DNA from: an uncultured Pseudomonadota bacterium | GTDB lineage: Bacteria > SAR324 > NAC60-12 | Length of the DNA: 10,890 nt | Assembly: GCA_913020725.1 (NCBI GenBank) | Contig: CAJWCD010000118.1 | Span: 1 to 10,890, forward strand | Direction: 5' to 3' | In this document: positions 1-7,723 of the stretch, one piece after another | Position numbering within the stretch: position 1 is the stretch's first letter | Layout: every line of letters starts with the position of its first letter | The notes under the pieces: generated by a model | The model's input: the letters and a program-made list of their open reading frames with translations, nothing else | What the model was told of the DNA's origin: nothing | Database searches by the model: none | Program-made: the position numbers and the translations under genes

Positions 1-194
1 TGAGCATCCGAATTTTTTCAGAAGTCGGTGCCATTGGGTTCTTGCGAGACCATCACATAAGAAATCCGGCATTTTAGGGTCAGGCCGATGAATCTCGGTT
101 TTGAGTTGCTCTTGTCGTAAACTTGACTTATCGTTTTGAGTTGTCAGAACTCATGGACGAGTTCGGAATAGCCCTCCACTCCCCTAAAGGAAAC

Positions 195-446
195 ATGGAC
201 GACTCCATTAGAGCGTGGAACCGCTACCCAGCGGAGCGCGCCAAGGCCAAGGTTACGCCGCACATCACCCAAAACCTCATCGAACAGGCCACCAAGGATT
301 TTTTGAACGGAGGAGGCCAGATTCGGCAACTCCATCACCTGCCGCATCGCATCGAGGCTGAACGCTACGAAGCCAACCGCGAGTCTGGAATCTTGGCTGA
401 TCCCCTGCTGGTGTTGGAAGAGCGGGACGAGTTGTCGCAGGGTTGA
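195..446 (+). CDS. Small protein (83 aa) with SutA RNAP-binding-domain-like motif (copy 1)
   Basis: ATG at 195 is preceded by an SD-like AAAGGAAAC, preferred over the track's TTG at 123. Contains ITQNLIEQATKDFLNGGGQIRQL, resembling the SutA helix-FL-xx-GG-x-[IV] motif and aligning with the 896-1105 protein. Confidence 0.65.
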   Translation: MDDSIRAWNRYPAERAKAKVTPHITQNLIEQATKDFLNGGGQIRQLHHLPHRIEAERYEANRESGILADPLLVLEERDELSQG

Positions 447-475
447 GGCAGACGTGGAATGCCAGCGGGGGCCGG

Positions 476-694
476 TCAGGCCGTCGGAGGCGCATTCTCG
501 TCCTCCGATCCCTTGCCGATGGCCCAGCCGATGCCCACGCCTACGACGACCCACGCCGAGGTGAACAGCCCTGAAAACAGCAGCCAGAGCAACAGGTAAA
601 CACCCAGTGTGCCATACTGGACAGTGGGGTTGTTGCGGAACAGCGTCAGCCAGCCTTTCGCTTGCCCCGTCAGGTCTTGCAATAGATTCTCCAT
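476..694 (-). CDS. Small hypothetical membrane protein (72 aa, probably 2 TM helices)
   Basis: GGAAGG SD just upstream of the ATG. Hydrophobic core YGTLGVYLLLWLLFSGLFTSAWVVVGVGIGWAIG with charged flanks. Fits between two + strand genes. Confidence 0.7.
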   Translation of the reverse strand: MENLLQDLTGQAKGWLTLFRNNPTVQYGTLGVYLLLWLLFSGLFTSAWVVVGVGIGWAIGKGSEDENAPPTA

Positions 695-790
695 AAAAAT
701 CCTTCCATGATAAAGGGCTCCCTTTAGCCTCCAAGAAAAACCTCAGACACACAAGCTGGGAGTTATTCTGAATTTTTTCTAAAAAAAGAG

Positions 791-818
791 TTGACAGGGA
801 CAATTGATCTGATAGACT
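791..818 (+). promoter_or_regulatory. Sigma70-type promoter for the 896-1105 gene
   Basis: TTGACA (791-796), 16-bp spacer ending in TGn, TAGACT (813-818). An A/T-tract UP-like element lies at about 771-787. Confidence 0.7.
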
Positions 819-839
819 ATCATAGTTCGATTAAATTTA

Positions 840-866
840 TTAGCACTCAACTCGCTTGAGTGCCAA
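840..866 (+). promoter_or_regulatory. CIRCE element (HrcA operator)
   Basis: TTAGCACTC-aactcgctt-GAGTGCCAA matches consensus TTAGCACTC-N9-GAGTGCTAA at 17/18 positions with an exact 9-nt spacer. It lies between the promoter and the start codon, as typical. Confidence 0.92.
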
Positions 867-895
867 CAAAAACCACACCACACCTGAAAGTCAAG

Positions 896-1105
896 ATGGC
901 AGTTCAAGAAATCACCCGAGACGAAATCGATACCGCCCTGAAAAGTTTCTTCGCTAAAGGCGGCGTGATCAAGAAGATCAAATTCCAGGACAACGGTTTT
1001 CTGCTCCACAACGAGTTGGAGATTGAGACCGAGGAGTTCGACCTCTCCAACATCAGCCCCATGCGGGGAGTGGAGATCGATCATGACTTCGATCCTGTGA
1101 TCTGA
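896..1105 (+). CDS. Small acidic protein (69 aa) with SutA RNAP-binding-domain-like motif (copy 2), CIRCE-preceded
   Basis: MAVQEITRDEIDTALKSFFAKGGVIKKI... followed by an acidic tail. It has its own promoter, CIRCE and downstream hairpin. The track's GTG start at 860 falls inside the CIRCE, so ATG 896 is preferred despite a weak SD. Confidence 0.75.
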   Translation: MAVQEITRDEIDTALKSFFAKGGVIKKIKFQDNGFLLHNELEIETEEFDLSNISPMRGVEIDHDFDPVI

Positions 1106-1120
1106 GCTTGAACAAGCTCT

Positions 1121-1150
1121 GCCCCTCTTTTCAAAAACAAAAGGGGGGGC
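1121..1150. terminator. Putative terminator hairpin downstream of the 896-1105 gene
   Basis: GCCCCTCTTTT-caaaaac-AAAAGGGGGGGC stem-loop starting 16 nt after the stop. No clear U-tract on +. A second hairpin CCCCCTT-gca-AAGGGGG lies at about 1194-1210. Confidence 0.45.
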
Positions 1151-1309
1151 CGGGGGAATTCCCAACCTGACTGCACCAAAAATCGCCCTCGATCCCCCTT
1201 GCAAAGGGGGAAGCCCTTGGGTCCGCTATTTCTGTGCAAGTCTAATGCTGTCAGCGGGTACACATCCGCTGCTTGGTCTGTAACCCTTTTCATTTCCGGA
1301 GTCCCAGCC

Positions 1310-2806
1310 ATGCTGCTCGAAGAGCAACTTCCCCGCCTGCAACGTCTGATTAAGGAAAAACTTGGTCCGCTCCCCAAAGATGTCTTTCGCAACGAGACCG
1401 TGATGCGGACCACCTTCCGGCAGCTTTACCGTCGCCTGCCCCGCGTGATGAGTCTTGCGGTCGGCGAGGAGGGTTTCGTGGAGTTCTGCATGCGCAATCA
1501 CACGCGACTGCTCAACGTCAAGGATGCCGTCACCGAACAGTGGCAGTCCAGCGGGAAGCCCCCGGAAACCCTGCGGACGGCGGCAGAGACGGAAACCCTT
1601 GTGGAAAGTGCCCGCAAACACTGGGTGCCAACCTACGCGCCCAAGTCGATGATCCTCGACCGGGGGCAGGGCGCTCGTGTCTGGGACATCGAGGGCAACG
1701 AGTACCTCGACCTTGGTGGCGGCATTGCGGTGAGCAGTTTGGGGCATCAGGATCCGGAGTTGCTGGAAGCCTTGCACTTGCAGGCCGGGAAACTCTGGCA
1801 CACGAGCAACCTCTACTACACGGAGCCGGCGATCCGCTTGGCGGAGGAACTGACCGCCCACAGCTTTGCCGACCGCGTGTTTTTTTGCAACTCCGGAGCA
1901 GAAGCCAACGAAGCCGCGATCAAACTCGCCCGCAAACACTCCTCCAAAGTTCATCCTCCGGAGCAGCGCGAAATCCTCAGCTTCACAGGCTCTTTCCATG
2001 GACGTACACTGGCGACCGTCACCGCCACTGCTCAACCAAAATATCAGGAGGGTTACGAGCCGCTTCCGGGAGGTTTCCGCTACTGCCCGTTCAACGACTT
2101 TGACGCAGCTGCGGAAATGATCGGGCCGCAAACCTGCGCGGTGCTCGTCGAACCCATCCAAGGCGAAGGCGGCGTAACCCCGACGGCTCCGGGCTTTCTC
2201 AAGCACCTCCGCGCCTGCTGCAACAAACACGGCGCCTTGCTCGTCTTCGACGAAATCCAGTGCGGGATGGGACGCACCGGCAAGCTCTTCGCGTACCAGT
2301 GGGAGGAAGGCGTGACTCCGGATTTGCTCACGATTGCCAAAGCCCTCGGCTGCGGGCTCCCCATCGGAGCTTTGCTCGCGACAGAAGCCGTCGCCTCCGC
2401 GTTTCAGGTTGGAGACCACGGCACCACCTTTGGTGGCAACCCCATCACGGCCTCGGTGGCAAGCGTGGCTTTCCGCCGACTCCGGGATCCGGAACTGCAC
2501 GTCCATGTGCTGCGTCAGGGCGAGGCGATCCGCAACTGGCTGGAGGAACTCAATCTGGAACTCGGAATCTTCCGGGAAGTCCGGGGACGCGGGCTGATGC
2601 TTGCTGGAGTGCTGCGCGAGGAACTCGCAGGAAAAGCTGGAGAGTTGATGGAAGCCGCTCGTCAAGCAGGCGTGCTGATCCTCATTGCGGGTCCGGACGT
2701 GTTGCGCTTCGTGCCGCCCCTCACCCTCAGCGACGAGGAACTCCAGACCGGTTTCGACCGACTCGGCCCTGCCCTGCGGGAGTGGAGTCGCTCCGCAATC
2801 TCCTGA
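1310..2806 (+). CDS. argD: Acetylornithine/succinylornithine aminotransferase (class III PLP) with N-terminal extension
   Basis: Motifs GARVWDIEGNEYLD, FFCNSGAEANEAA, SFHGRT, VEPIQGEGG, FDEIQCGMGRTG, AKALGCGLPIG (PLP lysine) and HGTTFGGNP. ATG 1310 follows GGAG at 1298-1301. Confidence 0.9.
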   Translation: MLLEEQLPRLQRLIKEKLGPLPKDVFRNETVMRTTFRQLYRRLPRVMSLAVGEEGFVEFCMRNHTRLLNVKDAVTEQWQSSGKPPETLRTAAETETLVESARKHWVPTYAPKSMILDRGQGARVWDIEGNEYLDLGGGIAVSSLGHQDPELLEALHLQAGKLWHTSNLYYTEPAIRLAEELTAHSFADRVFFCNSGAEANEAAIKLARKHSSKVHPPEQREILSFTGSFHGRTLATVTATAQPKYQEGYEPLPGGFRYCPFNDFDAAAEMIGPQTCAVLVEPIQGEGGVTPTAPGFLKHLRACCNKHGALLVFDEIQCGMGRTGKLFAYQWEEGVTPDLLTIAKALGCGLPIGALLATEAVASAFQVGDHGTTFGGNPITASVASVAFRRLRDPELHVHVLRQGEAIRNWLEELNLELGIFREVRGRGLMLAGVLREELAGKAGELMEAARQAGVLILIAGPDVLRFVPPLTLSDEELQTGFDRLGPALREWSRSAIS

Positions 2807-2818
2807 AAATAAGGTTTC

Positions 2819-3766
2819 TCATTTCGCCAATGTGCTGGCGGTGGTTTCATCGGTGATCAGGCTGTGGAGCATGCCCCCGGACAAGGCGCCCCGGAGTGCC
2901 GCGATTTTCTCGCCCCCTCCTGCGATGCCCACCACATGCTTCATGCGTTTGAGGTCGTGTAAGCGCGTGGCGATCAACCGGGAGTGGTGTTCCAGTTCTA
3001 ACGACTCCCCCTGCTCGTTGAAGTACTCTCCAAAGATTTCTCCAAGCGCCCCCTGCTTACGGAGGATTGCCAACTCTTGCGGAGTCTTGTAGCCAAACTG
3101 GTGAAAGCCGTCGCTTGGCGCGACCACCCCAATGCCCACCAACGCAAAATCACAAATCGCCCCCATCTGCATCACCTGTTGCACCTCGTCTTCTTCCAGC
3201 AGCGCATCCCGGAGTTGCGTGGAGTTGACAAGCAGAGGCGTGGGAATGACATGGAAGGGGTAGTAAAGTCCGGAGAGGAAACTGCCCAAGTTCTTTGGCG
3301 CTTGCGTGCTGAGGTAGTTTGAGACGCCTCCACAGAGTGTGACAAAGGAAACCTGCTCGGCGGAAAGCCGCCCCAAGTGCCGCAGGGTCCACATCACCGT
3401 GGACCCCCACCCCAGGCCCACCAGCGAATGCTGCCCGGCAACCTGCTGCTCCAGAAACTGCGCCCCGGCCATGCCGAGGTTCTCGGCAATCTGCTCCTCC
3501 GGGGTTTCCGGAATCACCATCACCTCGCGCAATCCCCAACGTTGCCGAAGCGCGTCTTCCAGTCCCAGCAGGCGGGTGTCCTGCCCCGCGACATGGATGG
3601 AGACGAACCCACTGTTGCGGGCTTCGTTGAGAATGTTGATCACCCGTGCCCGGTTGAGTCCGAGCTGCTTGGCGATCTCGCTCTGGGTCAGGCCGGTTTT
3701 GTAGTAATACCACGCCACTCGGGTTGCGAACTGCTGAACGTCACGCTCGGTGGTGGTGAGACGCAT
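2819..3766 (-). CDS. SorC/DeoR(LsrR)-family sugar-binding transcriptional regulator
   Basis: N-terminal HTH RVAWYYYKTGLTQSEIAKQLGLNRARVINIL. Sugar-binding domain with GLGWGST, ALVGIG and IAGGGEKIAALRGAL...LITDE. SD AAGGAG. Confidence 0.93.
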   Translation of the reverse strand: MRLTTTERDVQQFATRVAWYYYKTGLTQSEIAKQLGLNRARVINILNEARNSGFVSIHVAGQDTRLLGLEDALRQRWGLREVMVIPETPEEQIAENLGMAGAQFLEQQVAGQHSLVGLGWGSTVMWTLRHLGRLSAEQVSFVTLCGGVSNYLSTQAPKNLGSFLSGLYYPFHVIPTPLLVNSTQLRDALLEEDEVQQVMQMGAICDFALVGIGVVAPSDGFHQFGYKTPQELAILRKQGALGEIFGEYFNEQGESLELEHHSRLIATRLHDLKRMKHVVGIAGGGEKIAALRGALSGGMLHSLITDETTASTLAK

Positions 3767-4030
3767 GAACTCCTTTTTGCAGTGGAGTCGGGCAGTTCAA
3801 TGGAGACAGTTTGCATGGTCGGCCTCGCAGGAGGAGAAGGCTGGTGCGCATCCGTTCCTTCAGAGCCGCATTTCCGCCAGCCTACGCCGATTGCCGTTCC
3901 AACGCCAGCAGATTCCATTGCTGGATGTGTAAAAAACGCCAACGGCGACAAACGTCACTGTTCACCACAGAGGCGCAGAGACCGAATTCCACTTGCGCCT
4001 TTCCTTACCTGACCGAGTGCCGCCCCTTGC

Positions 4031-5704
4031 TTACCCCGAAATCGTTTCGGCTGAGGAGGCACCCTTGGAGACCCTGCCCGCAGGACAAAAGCGCACGGGT
4101 TCCTTGCGGAAATACTCCTCCCAGCGTGCATCCGCTTCGGAGTCAAAGAGGACACGACAGGCTTCCCGCAGTCCTTGGGATTGCCGAAGTTGCTCAAAGG
4201 GCACGAGCAGGGCGATCTTGGAGCGGCGGCGCAGGAAATCCTCCAGCCGCACGATCAGTTCGCGTCGGGCAGCATGGGCGATTTCCACCCGCAGGTACTC
4301 CGAATCCTCAATCAACACCTCGCCCATGTGGGGATCCTCCCGGATTTCCTCCAGCATGGCCAGAGCGTCCGTGCCGTAACGCCGCCAGAGCCGTTGCGAG
4401 AGCGGTTCCGAAGCGTAGCTGACTGCGAGTTTGTCCAACTTCATGCCTCGGGCCTGCGCCAGAAATTCATCACGCACCACCTCCGGAGGCTCTCCGTACC
4501 ACCGTGGCTGGGAATTGACCAAGGACACTCCAAGTTGCTCAACCTGTTGGCAAACGCCTTCGCCCACATTCAAGCAATCCGTGAGTTTGCCTCCGAAAAT
4601 GCTGATGTGCCGTTCCGCAACATTGACATCGAGTTCATGCTTGCGCGAAAGTTTGGTCCACTCTCCCGTGTCTCCATTGCTTCCGGATTCCACCACCAGC
4701 GGACGCACCCCACAGCGTTCGGCGATGATGTCTTGCTCGCTGAGCGGTTGTGGGAGTTTGAGGCGCTTGTTGATGTTCTCCAGCACAAATTGACGATCCT
4801 CCGGGGTCACGCCCTCCTCCGGATTGCTCGTGCGGGTGTCCGTGGTGCCAAGCACCGTGCGGTGGCCCATCGGAATCGCAAAGAAAAGCCGTCCGTCATC
4901 GGCGAAAAAGGTGAGAACGCGACGTGATTCCGTCAGGCGGGGCACCACAAGGTGGATGCCCTTGGAAAAGAGATGCTGATGCGGGGTGCGTTGTCCACTG
5001 AGCGCGTTTTGCGCATCCACATACGGGCCACAGGCGTTGATGAGGACACGGGAACACACCGTGAACTCGGCACCGCTCTCCACGTCCCGTAACCGTGTCT
5101 GCCAATCTTCACCTTCTCGACGACTACCCAGCGACTCGACATAGTTCGCTGCGACACAGCCCCGGTCCAACGCATCCCGCACAAACTCAAAGACAAAACG
5201 CGCGTCATTGTCACGGAGGTAGGCATCGGAATACTCAACCCCACCAATGCTTTGCTCGGTGCGGACGATTGGCTCTTCGGAGGCAATTTGCCGGGGTGAG
5301 AGCAGGTGTGGGAAGCGGGTGAAGCCTCCGCCTATCGCCCAGTAAAGCAGGGTGCCCGCGTAAACCAGCCATGCGGGGAAGCGTGACCCTTGGTCGAGGT
5401 TTGCGAAAAAACGGATTTCCTGAACGGTCGAGGGGTAGGCCCGGATGAGCTTGTTGCGGGAGCGGCAGAGCTTGCGGACCAGTCCGAACTCGTAGCTTTC
5501 CAAGTACTTGATGCCGCCCCAAGCAAGGTTGGAAGACGACTGGCTCGTCAGTCCGGCAAAATCCCCCTGGTCCACCAGTGCCACCGTAGTCCCCTGTGCT
5601 GCAAGCGCGGCGGCGGACACCGCCCCGTTGATGCCTCCGCCCAACACCAGCACGTCAAAGCGCTCGTTGCGGAGTTTTTGGAGGTTGGTCGTTCTGAGGG
5701 TCAT
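4031..5704 (-). CDS. glpD: FAD-dependent glycerol-3-phosphate dehydrogenase/oxidase family protein
   Basis: FDVLVLGGGINGA dinucleotide-binding motif, DFAGLTS, INACGPYVD, SKGIHLVVP, GTTD, GVRPLV, SRKH, GGKLT and C-terminal LEDFLRRRS. Start probably ATG 5704 (MTLRTT). Confidence 0.85.
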   Translation of the reverse strand: MTLRTTNLQKLRNERFDVLVLGGGINGAVSAAALAAQGTTVALVDQGDFAGLTSQSSSNLAWGGIKYLESYEFGLVRKLCRSRNKLIRAYPSTVQEIRFFANLDQGSRFPAWLVYAGTLLYWAIGGGFTRFPHLLSPRQIASEEPIVRTEQSIGGVEYSDAYLRDNDARFVFEFVRDALDRGCVAANYVESLGSRREGEDWQTRLRDVESGAEFTVCSRVLINACGPYVDAQNALSGQRTPHQHLFSKGIHLVVPRLTESRRVLTFFADDGRLFFAIPMGHRTVLGTTDTRTSNPEEGVTPEDRQFVLENINKRLKLPQPLSEQDIIAERCGVRPLVVESGSNGDTGEWTKLSRKHELDVNVAERHISIFGGKLTDCLNVGEGVCQQVEQLGVSLVNSQPRWYGEPPEVVRDEFLAQARGMKLDKLAVSYASEPLSQRLWRRYGTDALAMLEEIREDPHMGEVLIEDSEYLRVEIAHAARRELIVRLEDFLRRRSKIALLVPFEQLRQSQGLREACRVLFDSEADARWEEYFRKEPVRFCPAGRVSKGASSAETISG

Positions 5705-5798
5705 TGAGATCAGCAAAAGCAATTTTAATAAACGACATCGAGAGCAACCGCCCTCGCTTTGCTTGACGCAGCAAACTGCGGGGAATCAGACCCGGAAA

Positions 5799-5841
5799 AT
5801 ATTAAAATATGTAATATAAAATTTCAATTATCAATTATAAT
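5799..5841. promoter_or_regulatory. AT-rich divergent promoter region (glpD-like / ABC exporter)
   Basis: Minus strand TTGAAA (5827-5822), 17 bp, TAATAT (5804-5799) points at the glpD-like gene. Plus strand TATAAT at 5836-5841 points at the ABC gene. Matches are easy to get by chance in such AT-rich DNA. Confidence 0.4.
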
Positions 5842-5896
5842 TTTCTTCGACAAGCTTTCCCTTTGTCCCCTCCGGATTCTCTGATAGGGTGTTTTG

Positions 5897-7720
5897 ATGA
5901 CTGAAACTTCATCGCCGGCCGTGCCTTCCCACCCGATGTGGAGCCTGTTCCGCTACCTGCGTCCGCACTGGCGTTTTTTCTCATGGTCGTGCGTTTCGAG
6001 CATTTTCAACAAGGTGCTGGACTTGATGCCGCCCGTGTTAGTGGGTTGGGTGATCGACTCGGTACGGCGCGAGCCTCCGGAGTGGATTGCCAACTTGCTC
6101 GGCACTGTTGATCCGTGGTCGCTGGCAGTCTTTCTTGCGGTGTTGGGCGTGGTGATTTTCGGTTTTGAAAGCCTCTTCGAGTGGGCTTTCCAGTATGGCT
6201 TCATGACCCTCGCCCAGCGCGTTCAGCACCAACTCCGCATGGACGCCTACAATCATTTGCAGACGCGGGAGATCGAGTTTTTCGAGAATCACCGCATGGG
6301 CGAGACGATGGCGATGCTCAACGATGATGTCAATCAGATCGAACGCTTCCTCAACATTGGCTTCAACGAACTGCTGCAACTCGTGGTGCTGTTCCTTTTT
6401 GCCGGAAGCGTGATGTTAGGAGTCTCGTGGGAACTGGCGGTGGTGGGTTTGTTGCCGCTCCCCATCGTGCTGTGGGGAAGTTTGCTGTACCAGCGGCTGA
6501 TCTCGCCGCGCTACCGTCGTGTCCGGGAAGCGGTGGGAATGCTCAGCAGCCGCTTGGAGAACAATATCGCAGGCATCCTCGTCATCAAGAGCTTCACCGC
6601 AGAACGCTTCGAGTCCGGACGGGTGGCCGAGGCTTCCCAGGAATACCAGCAGGCGAACTTCCGGGCGATCAAACTCAGTGCGGTGTACGTCCCACTCATC
6701 CGCATGGCGATTGCGATTGGCTTCGGCGGCGTGCTGCTGCTCGGCAGCTATTGGGTGCTGGAAGACCGGGGGCTGTTGACGGTGGGCGAGTTGGTGTTCT
6801 TCTCAATGATGATCCAACGCATGCTCTGGCCACTGACACGCATGGGGGTCACACTGGACGAATACGAACGCGCCAAGGCCAGCGCCCGCCGCACCTTTGG
6901 ATTGCTCGAAACCCCGAGTAAAATCGTCAACCCTCCACAACCTAAATCGCTCCCTGTTCCAATGCAGGGCAAGATCGAATTCCGCAAGGTGTGTTTCACT
7001 TATCAGCGGGGTGGACAAGTGTTGCAGGGGCTCGACTTCACGGCGAATCCGGGAGAGATGATCGGCATTGCCGGAGTCACGGGGGCAGGAAAATCCACCC
7101 TCATCAAGCTGCTGCTGCGGCTTTACGATCCCACCGAGGGACAGGTGTTGCTGGGTGGAATTGATTTGCGGGAATTGCGGCTGCAAGACCTCCGGAGGCA
7201 GATCGCACTCGTCAGTCAGGAGGTTTATCTGTTTCACGGCACCATCGCCGAAAACATCGCCTACGGATTCGCGGACCTCGATTTTCAGCGCGTTGAAGAC
7301 GCCTCACGCTCCGCGCAATTGCACGAGTTCGTGCAGACGCTTCCGGAAGGGTACGAGACCGTCGTCGGCGAACGCGGTATCCGGCTTTCCGGGGGACAGC
7401 GTCAGCGGCTCAGCATCGCCCGCGCCATTCTCAAGGACGCGCCTGTGATGATCTTCGATGAAGCCACCAGTTCCGTGGACACCGAAACCGAACGTGCGAT
7501 TCAGGCCAACCTCGCCACCATCACCCAAGGCAAAACCGCCCTCGTCATCGCACATCGACTCTCCACCATCCGCCACGCCGACCGCATCCTCGTGCTGCGC
7601 GACGGACAGGTTTCCGAAGAGGGGCACCACGATGATCTCATCACCCACAACGGCACCTACGCCGACCTCTGGCACATCCAATCTGGCGACTTCGGGGCGC
7701 ACCCGGAACGCTTGAACTGA
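5897..7720 (+). CDS. Fused permease/ATP-binding ABC exporter (MsbA/MdlB-like half transporter)
   Basis: N-terminal multi-TM domain, Walker A GVTGAGKST, Q-loop VSQE, signature LSGGQRQR, Walker B IFDEATS and H-loop IAHRLST. Start is ATG 5897 or TTG 5894. Confidence 0.95.
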   Translation: MTETSSPAVPSHPMWSLFRYLRPHWRFFSWSCVSSIFNKVLDLMPPVLVGWVIDSVRREPPEWIANLLGTVDPWSLAVFLAVLGVVIFGFESLFEWAFQYGFMTLAQRVQHQLRMDAYNHLQTREIEFFENHRMGETMAMLNDDVNQIERFLNIGFNELLQLVVLFLFAGSVMLGVSWELAVVGLLPLPIVLWGSLLYQRLISPRYRRVREAVGMLSSRLENNIAGILVIKSFTAERFESGRVAEASQEYQQANFRAIKLSAVYVPLIRMAIAIGFGGVLLLGSYWVLEDRGLLTVGELVFFSMMIQRMLWPLTRMGVTLDEYERAKASARRTFGLLETPSKIVNPPQPKSLPVPMQGKIEFRKVCFTYQRGGQVLQGLDFTANPGEMIGIAGVTGAGKSTLIKLLLRLYDPTEGQVLLGGIDLRELRLQDLRRQIALVSQEVYLFHGTIAENIAYGFADLDFQRVEDASRSAQLHEFVQTLPEGYETVVGERGIRLSGGQRQRLSIARAILKDAPVMIFDEATSSVDTETERAIQANLATITQGKTALVIAHRLSTIRHADRILVLRDGQVSEEGHHDDLITHNGTYADLWHIQSGDFGAHPERLN

Positions 7721-7723
7721 CGC

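Noticed and set aside
1..34. Possible minus-strand gene start MAPTSEKIRML running off the left edge
   Set aside because: Only 11 codons and a weak SD, so it cannot be supported.
98..143. GTTTTGAG repeats as a CRISPR remnant
   Set aside because: Only two 11-bp copies, with no array and no cas genes in the window.
1199..1309. Longer ArgD start at TTG 1199
   Set aside because: It overlaps a hairpin, the added sequence does not look protein-like, and ATG 1310 has an SD.
1226..2665. Long antisense ORF, and similar shadow ORFs (144-803, 4175-4927, 3377-4012)
   Set aside because: Expected shadows of GC-rich coding genes with no recognisable motifs.
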